Origin: a virus
Lineage: Duplodnaviria; Caudoviricetes
Strand: one strand, 5' to 3'
DNA: 46,275 bases
IMG/VR virus record: IMGVR_UViG_3300010398_000005
Coordinates: 1 to 46,275 of that record
The notes beneath the pieces were generated by a model. It worked only from the letters and a program-made list of their open reading frames with translations. It was not told where the DNA came from and did no database searches. Shown here one piece after another: positions 35,611-45,000 of the stretch (position 1 is the first letter of the stretch; the number at the start of each line of letters is the position of its first letter). Made by a program: the position numbers and the translations under genes.

Positions 35611-36864
35611 CTAGATCCCGAAGTTCCGCATGACCTGGCTGGTGAAGCCAGTATCGGTGCCAGTGTTCCTGAACTCGATGGTGTACTGGCTGAAGACCGA
35701 CACCATGTCCGCGTCCTTCATGCTCGGCGAGGAGATCAAGAAGCAGAAGCGGTCCAGGAACGGGACGATGTTGATGCGGTCGAGGTCGATGAAGGCCGCG
35801 ATCGACTCGACCAGCGTCGGGTCGGGCATGTAGCCGCTCATCACGAGCTGCAGCGGCTTGCGGCCGATCGACAGGCGCACCGCGTCCACGTTCACGCCGC
35901 GGACCAGCTCCGACTCGGTGATCCGGATCTGGTCGCGGAACACGCGGCTGATCCTGTCGATCACGTACGGGTGCGCCACGATGACGTCGGGGATGTCCCC
36001 GCCCTGCTGGTAGATGTTGATCCCGACCTGCGAGCAGAGGATGTCGCTGATGAACGCGCCGTTCGCGTTGAAAAGCTGCGCGGTGCTGTTGGGGACCGGG
36101 TTGCTGTACCCGAGCCACGCCAGCGCGCCCCACATCTCCTGGTAGTCGGTCTGCGTCGCCGCCGGCGTACCGATGCCGTTGATGAGCGACCGCTCCATGT
36201 CGATCGTCATCTCCCACCAGCGCTCGTGGAGCTGGAAGGCGGGCATGTTGGGCTGGCCCGGGATCATCCCGTGCCGCGCGAGCGAGACCATCGAGCCGTC
36301 GATCACGACGTCGCGCCGCCAGCTCTGGATCAGGTTGCCCTTCACCCCAGGGCTGCGGCTCTGGTCGCGGCCGATGTCCGAGCCCTCGGGCACCGGCGCA
36401 CCGACGATCTCCAGGATGGCGTTCTGCGCGTGGCTGGCAGCGGTGGTGCCGTTGAAGCCGCGCGTGATCTGGACAGTGACGTTGGCACCGCCGACGATGA
36501 AGCCGTTCACGAAAATCTGCTCGGCGACGAGCAGGGTCTGCGCGCGGTCCTTGAGGATGTAGCCGACGTCGAGCAGGCCACCGTCCGCGAGCGAGACCGT
36601 GAACACCGTGACCGCGTTGTTGATGCCGCCCGCGTCGAGGAGCGTCACCGTACGCGGGTTCAGGCGCGTCTCGGTCCAGTAGTGAATGAGCTGCTGATTG
36701 CTGGCGCCCACGCCCGTACCACCGCCGCCGAAGTTGCCGAACCCGAGCGACGACAGGAAGTTGGTGAGCATGATGAGCGAGGCGTACTGGCCGTCCGACA
36801 TGTCGGTGCGGATCGCGCCCGGCGTGTAGTCCAGCTCGGCCAGGCCGACGTGGGTGAAGGCCAT
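35611..36864 (-). CDS. Major capsid protein (DUF5309/SU10-like)
   Basis: HYWTETRL, N..Q..RRDV.I.GS, DMERSLING; 417 aa. Confidence 0.8.
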   Translation of the reverse strand: MAFTHVGLAELDYTPGAIRTDMSDGQYASLIMLTNFLSSLGFGNFGGGGTGVGASNQQLIHYWTETRLNPRTVTLLDAGGINNAVTVFTVSLADGGLLDVGYILKDRAQTLLVAEQIFVNGFIVGGANVTVQITRGFNGTTAASHAQNAILEIVGAPVPEGSDIGRDQSRSPGVKGNLIQSWRRDVVIDGSMVSLARHGMIPGQPNMPAFQLHERWWEMTIDMERSLINGIGTPAATQTDYQEMWGALAWLGYSNPVPNSTAQLFNANGAFISDILCSQVGINIYQQGGDIPDVIVAHPYVIDRISRVFRDQIRITESELVRGVNVDAVRLSIGRKPLQLVMSGYMPDPTLVESIAAFIDLDRINIVPFLDRFCFLISSPSMKDADMVSVFSQYTIEFRNTGTDTGFTSQVMRNFGI

Positions 36865-36867
36865 AGC

Positions 36868-37308
36868 CTACGCCTCTCCTGCGCGGGCGGCGATGCTGAG
36901 CACGGTCGCAGGGATCTGCGGCTCGCCCGCCTCGTTGTACTCCAGCGGGATGCAGCTCACTCGCGCGTCCCGCGGGCGCCCGGTCAGGGGGTCGATGTTG
37001 TTGGCGTCCTTCGCCGTGCAGACCGAGCAGATGGGGCACGTCGAGGTCACGGGCATCGCCGGCTGGCCGGCGCCCTGGTCGATCATGATGAGCTGGCCAG
37101 CCGCCGGGTGGCCCTGCGGGTACCGCTCCCCGTCCCACCGGAAGAACCGCTCGACGGTCACCAGGCGCGAGGCGTGGCGCCGATCGAGACAGTACATGTT
37201 GGGGACCGGCGGGGCATCCGCGGGCGCTTCCGCGGTCGCGACGGCGGGCTCGTCCGGCTCTGCGGGCGGGGCCGTCTGCGCCTCCCGCTTCGCGTCCTGG
37301 ATGCCCAT
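36868..37308 (-). CDS. Hypothetical protein (146 aa)
   Basis: GGAGG RBS; Cys-containing. Confidence 0.65.
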   Translation of the reverse strand: MGIQDAKREAQTAPPAEPDEPAVATAEAPADAPPVPNMYCLDRRHASRLVTVERFFRWDGERYPQGHPAAGQLIMIDQGAGQPAMPVTSTCPICSVCTAKDANNIDPLTGRPRDARVSCIPLEYNEAGEPQIPATVLSIAARAGEA

Positions 37309-37328
37309 AGGCTAGGGTCCTCCCTGCA

Positions 37329-37997
37329 CTAGAACGCCCGACCCATGGTCGGGATCTGCTGAGCCTGCGCGACGGCAGGCGGGGCTCCGTTCGGCGGCTC
37401 CGAGACGTTGCCGCGGCCCGCGCGCCGGTGCTGCATGTGGGCGTTCCACGACACCTTGAACGCGAGGTCCCGGAAGTCCTCGGCCTCCCACGGCTCGATC
37501 ACCGTCCGACCGCCGCTAGCCCCCGGGCGCACGCGCTGCCGGACCTTGTACTGCATCTCGCGGACGCGCCGCGTCTCCTCGGCCTCGGCCGCCCGGGTCG
37601 CGTTGTCGCTCGGGACGGGCACGCCGCCGGCCTGCTGCTGGCCCTGCGCCGGCTGCGCCGCCAGCGCCAGCTCGTGCGTGCGCTTCGCCACCGCGGCGAT
37701 GGCCGCCGGGTCGGTCAACGTGTCGATGAGGGCGACGTCGGCCTGCGGGAACTCGACGCGGGCCTGGAGCCTGGCGTTCTGCACCAGGAGCGCGTTGTAC
37801 GCCTGGGGATCGAGCTGCGGTGTGGGCGGGGCAGCCGGGGGTTCAGCCGGCGGGCTGGCCGGCGGTGGGGCCGTCGCCGTCCCCGTGCCGGGCGCAGTGG
37901 TTCCCGCCGTTTGCCCCGCGGACGCTGCACCGCCCGCACCACCGTTCGTTCCGTCGTTGGCGTCATACGCGCGCCACAGCGGTACCCGGTACATCAC
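37329..37997 (-). CDS. Putative capsid scaffolding protein
   Basis: Low-complexity N-terminus, helical core, upstream of MCP. Confidence 0.55.
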   Translation of the reverse strand: MMYRVPLWRAYDANDGTNGGAGGAASAGQTAGTTAPGTGTATAPPPASPPAEPPAAPPTPQLDPQAYNALLVQNARLQARVEFPQADVALIDTLTDPAAIAAVAKRTHELALAAQPAQGQQQAGGVPVPSDNATRAAEAEETRRVREMQYKVRQRVRPGASGGRTVIEPWEAEDFRDLAFKVSWNAHMQHRRAGRGNVSEPPNGAPPAVAQAQQIPTMGRAF

Positions 37998-38455
37998 CTA
38001 CCTCCTCGCGTTCGGGTGACCAGCCGCGTGTGCTCGTTCACCCGCTCCTCCGTGGCGACCACGCGCTCGAACCGGCCACCACCCACGGGCCTGTACCCCT
38101 CGGTGTGCGTGTCGCCGCTGGAGTCTGTCCAGGAGTCGGTGGCCACGAACCGCTCGCCGTGGACCTCGATCGGGGCGGAAGCCCCGTGACGGCCGGTCGC
38201 GGGGGTCTTGCCCCCCATCAGCTCCATGAAGCTGCGGACGTTCGCCAGAGCCGAGCGGTCTACCCCCAACCGCTCGGCGCGCTGGCGGAACGTCTCCCCG
38301 TTCCCCCCGGGGATGGGCGTGTCGCTCTCCATCAGGGCACGCAGCTCCAGCTCGCGCGCCGCCTCGACGCGGTCCATGCGCTCGCGCACATCGGCCGCGA
38401 CGGCGCCGGAGCCCTTGCCGAACCCGTTCACGCTGAAGACTCGCTTACCCATCAC
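37994..38455 (-). CDS. Hypothetical protein (153 aa)
   Basis: Coupled ORF. Confidence 0.65.
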   Translation of the reverse strand: MMGKRVFSVNGFGKGSGAVAADVRERMDRVEAARELELRALMESDTPIPGGNGETFRQRAERLGVDRSALANVRSFMELMGGKTPATGRHGASAPIEVHGERFVATDSWTDSSGDTHTEGYRPVGGGRFERVVATEERVNEHTRLVTRTRGGR

Positions 38456-38808
38456 CCTTCACCTGTTGGTCGCTGTGCAGTATGACCGGGCTGGCCCCGC
38501 TGTGGATCAGGAGGCCACGCGGCCCAGCCGTCGTACGGGACGATCCACTGCCAGATGTTGGCCTGGCGGGTCACGACCGCGCCGATGGTCACGGCCGCCA
38601 TGGTGTCCACCTCGCCGTCGTTCCCGATCTGCTCGACCCAGCCCTGGGGCACGATGCCAGCCGGGTTGCCGGTACTGAACGGGGCCGGTGCCGGAGAGCT
38701 GAGCGGAGCCACCTTGGAGTCCAGGAAGATCACGTCGGTGTACAGGTTGCCCCTGCGGCCGTACGCCCCGCCTGCCGGGTTCGGGTTCGCCCACGTGGTC
38801 TTGGACAT
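38452..38808 (-). CDS. Hypothetical protein (118 aa)
   Basis: Leaderless TAGACT-6 nt-ATG. Confidence 0.65.
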   Translation of the reverse strand: MSKTTWANPNPAGGAYGRRGNLYTDVIFLDSKVAPLSSPAPAPFSTGNPAGIVPQGWVEQIGNDGEVDTMAAVTIGAVVTRQANIWQWIVPYDGWAAWPPDPQRGQPGHTAQRPTGEG

Positions 38809-38817
38809 GGCGGCAGT

Positions 38818-39645
38818 CTATCGGACCTCGGCGCCGGCGGCTGCGAGCGCCGACCCCCGCGCAGGGGCGCTCAGCGTCGCCTCCTGGCTCTGTCCCAGCG
38901 TCTTCGTGTTGGCACCGAACCGGAACCACGCCGCCAGCGTGGCCTTGTCCGTGGGCGTGGTGCCCTCGAAGGTCTCGAACCCCTGCAGGGTCTGCGTATA
39001 CGTCTGCCCGAGGCCGATCCACGGGTCGGCGCCAGTGAACTGCGCGTCCGCGGTGAGCTGCCCGGTGCCCTCGGGGTTGCCGAACATGGCGAAGTTGCGG
39101 ATCTGGTCAGGCGTCCAGGAACCCCTGATCGCAGTCTTCAACGTGTCGGCGCTGAACGAGTCCCCGGTCCAGCTCGCCATCACGCTGTTCAGCTTGGACA
39201 CGGTCTGCGTGTAGTCGTCCTTGCCCATGCCGAACTCGGCCCACGGGTTCGACTGACGCTGGGAGTCGTTGAGCGCGTTCCCGAACAACCACTCGTACGC
39301 GTCGAAGGGCGAACCGGTGATGTTGGTACCAGACTTCGCCAGCTTCAGCGCGAGCCCATTGGCATCGACACCCTGCGGGTATCCGACCGTGGCCAGGAAC
39401 TTGTCCACCAGCGCGTTCGCTTGGTCGCGCACAGCGCCGGCAACACCGGCCCACGGGTCGGGCGGCGGCGCCGGCGGCGGCTTCGAGCTGGCCTTCCCTT
39501 TCCGCGGCGGTCCGGTGTCGTAACGCTGCGGCGGCGGGCTCGGGTTGCTGGTGCCCGGGTAAGGCCGCCCGAACGGGTTGACTCCCGGCGTGTCCTGGGG
39601 GTTGTATACCGGCTCCGGCCCGTTGTCGCCTTCGTAGACGTTCAC
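38818..39645 (-). CDS. Putative internal virion protein (275 aa)
   Basis: GTGA overlap; GC3-rich. Confidence 0.65.
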   Translation of the reverse strand: MNVYEGDNGPEPVYNPQDTPGVNPFGRPYPGTSNPSPPPQRYDTGPPRKGKASSKPPPAPPPDPWAGVAGAVRDQANALVDKFLATVGYPQGVDANGLALKLAKSGTNITGSPFDAYEWLFGNALNDSQRQSNPWAEFGMGKDDYTQTVSKLNSVMASWTGDSFSADTLKTAIRGSWTPDQIRNFAMFGNPEGTGQLTADAQFTGADPWIGLGQTYTQTLQGFETFEGTTPTDKATLAAWFRFGANTKTLGQSQEATLSAPARGSALAAAGAEVR

Positions 39646-40175
39646 TTCCTGGCTCCGGAGATCGACGTGCCGTCGTCGTGGTAGTGCGCCAGGATGTCCT
39701 CGATCCCGTAGTTGCCGGTGGCGAAGCGGTGCAACTCGATGATGTTGGGCGCGCGGCCGTACAGCGTCTGCGAGATGGGGTTGGCGTGAGCACGGTAGGC
39801 ATTGATCTTCCCGGCCGGGACGTCCGGCGCCTCGGGGTGCGGGTGCTGCGCGTAGTAGTCGGCGATCACATTGGGCGGCTGGCCCTGGATCAGCATCATG
39901 TCGTGCAGGTTGGGGTCCCGGTCCAACAGCTCGTTCGCGATCGGGCGCGCAGTATCCCACAGGCGCTCGAACTCGGCCGGCGAGATACCGGAGTTGACCA
40001 GCGAGTGGTACGCCAAGCGGACCTGGCTCGGCCGCGGCTGCGAGTTCCCGAACATGCGCGCAGCCACCCGGCCGAACGCCTCGTACTGGTTGACCTTGAC
40101 CTCGGGCAAGTCCGGGTGCGGCTTGTTGCCGAGCACCGTGCTCACCGCCTGCGACAGCTTCGAGGGGTCGAACAT
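39642..40175 (-). CDS. Hypothetical protein (177 aa)
   Basis: TGATG coupling. Confidence 0.65.
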   Translation of the reverse strand: MFDPSKLSQAVSTVLGNKPHPDLPEVKVNQYEAFGRVAARMFGNSQPRPSQVRLAYHSLVNSGISPAEFERLWDTARPIANELLDRDPNLHDMMLIQGQPPNVIADYYAQHPHPEAPDVPAGKINAYRAHANPISQTLYGRAPNIIELHRFATGNYGIEDILAHYHDDGTSISGARK

Positions 40176-42016
40176 CAGTACACCCCCGGCGTGGTCCCGA
40201 TCGGGATCGTGGACGGCCCCTGGGAGCTGGTGCTGGACCCCGCCTGGCCACCTGCCTGCTGGTACGCGGCAGCGACATCGGTCGGATGCGGGGAGTCGCC
40301 CCACACCGCCTGCGTGTATGGGTTCATCGCGTCGTAGACCTGCTGGTAATCAGCCTGCGGGATGTCGCTCGACGCGTGCGTGTCGAACCACAGCTTCACA
40401 TCCGACGACGACGTGATGCCCTGCTGGAAGAACTGCGCCACCAGCGACTGCGGGGCCGGGCGCCCGAACATCTGGTTCGAGATCGAGTTCACCGCCTGGT
40501 CGAGCGAGTTGAAGGAACCGATCGAGACCCCCGGCACGATGCCGGACGGCAGACCATTGACCGCGTCCTGAATGCCCTGGCGCGTGGAGATGCCGGAGTT
40601 GTGGAAGTCGATGGCTGCCTGCAGCGGGGCGTGCTGCCCGAAGATGCTTGTCCACACGCTGTCCACAGCCTGGTACCAGAGCCCGGTCGGGCTGTTCAGA
40701 TCGAGCAGGCGCTGATCCGGGGTGGTGACGAGGTTCTGCTGGGCCTCGCTGGGGGTTACCTGTGCAGAACCCTGGAACATGCCGCCCATCCAGTTCGAGT
40801 ACAGGTTGGACGAGCTGGCGCCGCTGCCGGTCGGGTGGTAGAGCTGCTGCAGGAACGGCATCGGGTCCTGGTTCTGGCCGCTCGGGTCGATGAACCGGAT
40901 CTCGATGTGCGGACCGGTGGAGTCGCCCGGGCTGGGCGCGTCGCCGCCGCCGCCGCTGGTGCCCAGCACCTGACCCGGCGCGACCACCTGGCCGTCCTGG
41001 ACCGCGAAGTCGAACAGGTGCCCGACGAAGAACGTCCACCCGTTGGGCATCTTCACGTACACCGCGCGGCCCCAATTTCGGTTCCCGTCGTCGCGGGTCT
41101 CGATCGTGCCGCCGACCGGCGTGAGGATGGACTGGTGCTCGGGCATCCCGAAGTCGGTGCCCTCCTCCCCGTTCACCCCGAACGACTGCGTGATGTCCTC
41201 GAAATACGAGCTGCTGAACGGGAGCGGCACCTGGCTGCCGCCGCCGGGCAGGTTCTGGCGCTGGCTGAGCGTCCCGGTGGTGAGCGACTGCGCGAAGCCC
41301 AGCGGCCCCTGGCCAGTCTGGATCTGATCGACCCACGCGTTGACGCTGGCGGCGTACCCCGTCTGGTCGGCGGGCCGCTGCGCGGCGGCCACGATCTGGC
41401 CGTACGACCAGTCGGGGTGCTGCTGCATGACCTTCTGCACCTGGCGCAGGGCCACCTTCACGTTCTCGACCGGGTCGGCCAGCGCTGTCGTGGAGTCCAG
41501 GCCCGAGTCGTCCAGCTCGCCCCCCTGGTGGAGCTGCGCGAGCCCGAAGCTGGTCGGGTTGCCGTTGGCGTCGTAGTCGCCCTGGCTGTTGGGGTCGAAC
41601 CCGCCACCCGTCTCCTGGGCTACCAGCGCGAGCGCGATGGCCACCGGCACGCCCATCTCCTGGGCGGCCTGCACGGTGGCCATGAACCCGGTCTGGTTCA
41701 CGCCCGGCGGAATCCGCAGGTTGCCGAGGCCGAGCTGCTGGGCCTGCTGCTGAGCGGCGGTCGGCGCCTTCGCGGCGGGCGTGGTCTGCTGTTGGGCCGT
41801 GGTCAGCCACTGCCCCAGCGTGGGGTCGGTCGGCGCCGAGTTGCCGAGCAGGGCCTGACTGGCGCCAGGCGTGCTCGCGGTCATGTACGAGTACCACGAC
41901 AGGAAGTCCTCGGCCGTGATCCCGAGCTGCTGGAACCCCTGCTGGGCCTGCTGGTAGTTGGTCACGTTCTCGGCCAGCCAGGAGATGGCGCTGGCGGTGT
42001 CGTTGAGCCAGCTCAC
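40175..42016 (-). CDS. Virion-associated peptidoglycan hydrolase: SLT transglycosylase + M23-like domain
   Basis: LVAQETGG..SFGLAQL; GTDFG..TPVGG..GHL..V..GQ.V..GQVLG..STGPH. Confidence 0.85.
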   Translation of the reverse strand: MSWLNDTASAISWLAENVTNYQQAQQGFQQLGITAEDFLSWYSYMTASTPGASQALLGNSAPTDPTLGQWLTTAQQQTTPAAKAPTAAQQQAQQLGLGNLRIPPGVNQTGFMATVQAAQEMGVPVAIALALVAQETGGGFDPNSQGDYDANGNPTSFGLAQLHQGGELDDSGLDSTTALADPVENVKVALRQVQKVMQQHPDWSYGQIVAAAQRPADQTGYAASVNAWVDQIQTGQGPLGFAQSLTTGTLSQRQNLPGGGSQVPLPFSSSYFEDITQSFGVNGEEGTDFGMPEHQSILTPVGGTIETRDDGNRNWGRAVYVKMPNGWTFFVGHLFDFAVQDGQVVAPGQVLGTSGGGGDAPSPGDSTGPHIEIRFIDPSGQNQDPMPFLQQLYHPTGSGASSSNLYSNWMGGMFQGSAQVTPSEAQQNLVTTPDQRLLDLNSPTGLWYQAVDSVWTSIFGQHAPLQAAIDFHNSGISTRQGIQDAVNGLPSGIVPGVSIGSFNSLDQAVNSISNQMFGRPAPQSLVAQFFQQGITSSSDVKLWFDTHASSDIPQADYQQVYDAMNPYTQAVWGDSPHPTDVAAAYQQAGGQAGSSTSSQGPSTIPIGTTPGVY

Positions 42017-45000
42017 CCGCCGGCCTCCGCTGCCTGAACGGCCGCCTGCAACTCAGGGCTGGCCGCGGCGTTGCCACCCGCCTGGGCGACCTGGGGCTCG
42101 TTCGCCACCCCGCGGGCCTGCTGCGCGAGCTGCTGCGCCTCCTCGGCGCGCACCGCGTAGCCGCCCGTCGAGCCCGAGACCTCCTGAGCCTGCTCGGAGG
42201 TCATGCCCGCCGGCAGGATGGCCGTGGTCGAGAACGGCGAGCTGAACGCCGAGACGAAGGCGCCGAGGGGGCTGGTCAGCCCGATGTTCTGGAGCATAGT
42301 CCGATACGCGGAGTATGCAGGGTCCGAGTCCTCCAGGGACTTGAAGTCCGCGGCGCTCATGTACGGCTTGAGCTGGAAAAGCTGGTTCTGGACGGCGCGG
42401 ATGTACGCCCCGTTCTGGCCGTCGATCGAGCCGGCCAGAGCCTCCTTGAGCTGCTGCGCCTCCCACTCCAGGTAATCAGCGTCGGTCCACTGCTGCGTAT
42501 GGTGCTCCCACCACGCAGCGCGCGAGGACGGATCGGCCGCCTGGAGCATCTGGTTCCAGGCCGGCAGAAAGGCATCGTACAACTCGAACCACTGCTGGTC
42601 CGACAGGGCCTGGTCGTCCAGGCCGAACTGCTTGGAGAGCTGCGTGTATGCGGACGCCAGGCTTGCACCGGGCGAGCTGTCGCCCCAGGTATCGATGTCG
42701 AGCTGCGCCAGGCGCTGCTCCAGGTCGTGCTTGTGTCGCGAGTATTCGGCAGGAGCGACGCCCCCAGCGAAGACCTGATTGCTGTACGCAACCATCTGGT
42801 CATGGATGGCCGTACGCTGCGAGTGCCAGTTCTGGTACTTGCTGTCGTCAATCGGCGGCGTCTCGACGCCCATGTGATAGATGCTCGGGACCCCCGCCAG
42901 GCTAGACAGCATGCCGATCGTGGCGTCCTTCCAGAACGCGCCGGCGTCGGGCTGCTGACCGGTAGCCTGAGTCTGGTCCTGCTGGTACTGCTTAACGATG
43001 CGCTGGATCTGGTATCCACTGGGGACCAACGAAGCCAGCGCCTCCCATCGGTCGATCGGCTGGTTCACGCCCTGGCCGACGTTGCCGTAGAAAGACTGTC
43101 CGGTCAGCGCCTCATACCCCGCCTGCGGGATGGCGCCGACCTTGCCTGACGCCTCGCGGCGGACGCCGTCCACCAGCGCCCCCATCGCCATCGACGCCTT
43201 GTGGAAAGCGTCCTGCCTCTGCCAGGTGGCGTCGCTGAAGTTGTGGGCGAACCCGTAGTCCTGGCCCAACCCGATCGCGTTGGCGACATCCGCCGCCTGC
43301 CGAAAGAACGGCATGGTGGTGATGTACGCCGGCTTGGGCTCTGGATGCTGCGCATCGACCGGCGACGTGCCAGTCAGATTGGTAACATCGATGTCGAACT
43401 GGTGCCCCTGAGCGTTGTCCCACAGGTGGTGGCCCGAGAACATCACGTTCATCATGTCCATCGACACCGCGGCCGTGGACAGGTACGTGAGCATCCAGCT
43501 CCGTTGTGCGCGCACCAGCTCCACGCGAGCGCGGTAGTCGAGCGCCTTCAGCGGGACAGCGGACATCCGCACGAAGCGACCGCCGCCAGCCTCGGCCATA
43601 AACTGCGAGAGCCGAGCCGCGCCCGGCATCATCGACTGCAGCGAGTGCAAGAACGTCGCCCAATACGACGGCGCGAACCACACGAGCCCCTTCAGGTGGC
43701 GCCACATGCGGTTCATATACAGCGGGTTGACCATACCGCCCAACATATTCGCGTACTGCGCCGACGCACGCCGAGCATCCACCTCGGGGATACCCTTCGC
43801 CGCCATCTTCGTCTTCATGTACACGTAGGCCGCGAGCTGCGTGTTGTCCACGCTGTTCCACAGCCCCCGCTCCAGGTGTTCGGAGTGCCAGTCGTTGATG
43901 GCTCTCCCGAAGTTGCGGATGGCCCCCAGGAAATGCTGCTGGCCGTCCTCCTCGCGCTGCAGGATCTGCAGATGATGAGAGACGTTCCACTGGTTGGCGT
44001 GTACCATCCCAGCCTGACCCGCCTCCTCCAGGAGTGCGTAGTACGCCTCCGAATCCTTCTTGAGTTCGCCCACGACGTTGAACGCCGATCGGGCCACGAC
44101 CGGATCATTCAGCAGGAAGCTGAAGGCCCGGCCCGCCGTGTTCAGGCGGTGGAACAGCGGGTTGTACATGACGTACCGCTTGCTCGTACCGCTCACCTTG
44201 TACAGGGCATCCAAGATGCCGCTCTGCAGACCGGCGGCCGACGTGTCGGCTTCCGCCTGCTTGATCTTGTTCGCCAGGTCACCGCGTGCATACAGCGCCG
44301 GCCGATGGTGCAGGTCGCCCTGGCGACCAATGGCGGGATGAGCCAGGAAGTAACCCAGGCGCTGGGCATTGTCCTCCACCGAGCCGGCGTTCTTACCCTG
44401 GCCCAGGAAGACGGTACCCTCCACGATGTCGGGCAACTCGCCCCGCGACTTGAACGAGGGCAGCTCCATCGCCGCCCCCCAGGTCTTCATCGGCGTCTCA
44501 CCGAATATCGTCTGCAGGCGCTGCATGTTGAGCTGCGCGTGGGACCGGAGGCCGTCGCCGATGACGGCCATGTGCATGCGGTGCATGTGACGAGCCAACA
44601 TCTGGCGCACCGCCTCGCCGCCAGTAACCAGCTCTTGGGTGGCGGGCGCGGCACGGCGCAACTTCTTGAGCTGCTTGTACTCCATACCAACCAGCTCGGG
44701 CGCGAGCGGCCCCATGGCAGTATGGGCATCGATCATCATCTGGTCGATCTTGTGCCGCGCCGCGGCCACCACCTTCGGGTCGCCGTGTCCGAGTCCGCGC
44801 TTGCCTTCGAGCTGGCCGAAGCGCCGGCGCATCGCGCTGATCCGACTCCGGTTGGCGATGTACACCTGGCGATGCCCATGCGTCGCCTCATAGAACTCGG
44901 TCTGGTCCTTGAACTTCTTGATGATCGCGGACCTTGTACGAGGCAGGAACGACACCGCACCGGTTTCATCATTCACCGCCACACGCCAGAACCGGGAACG

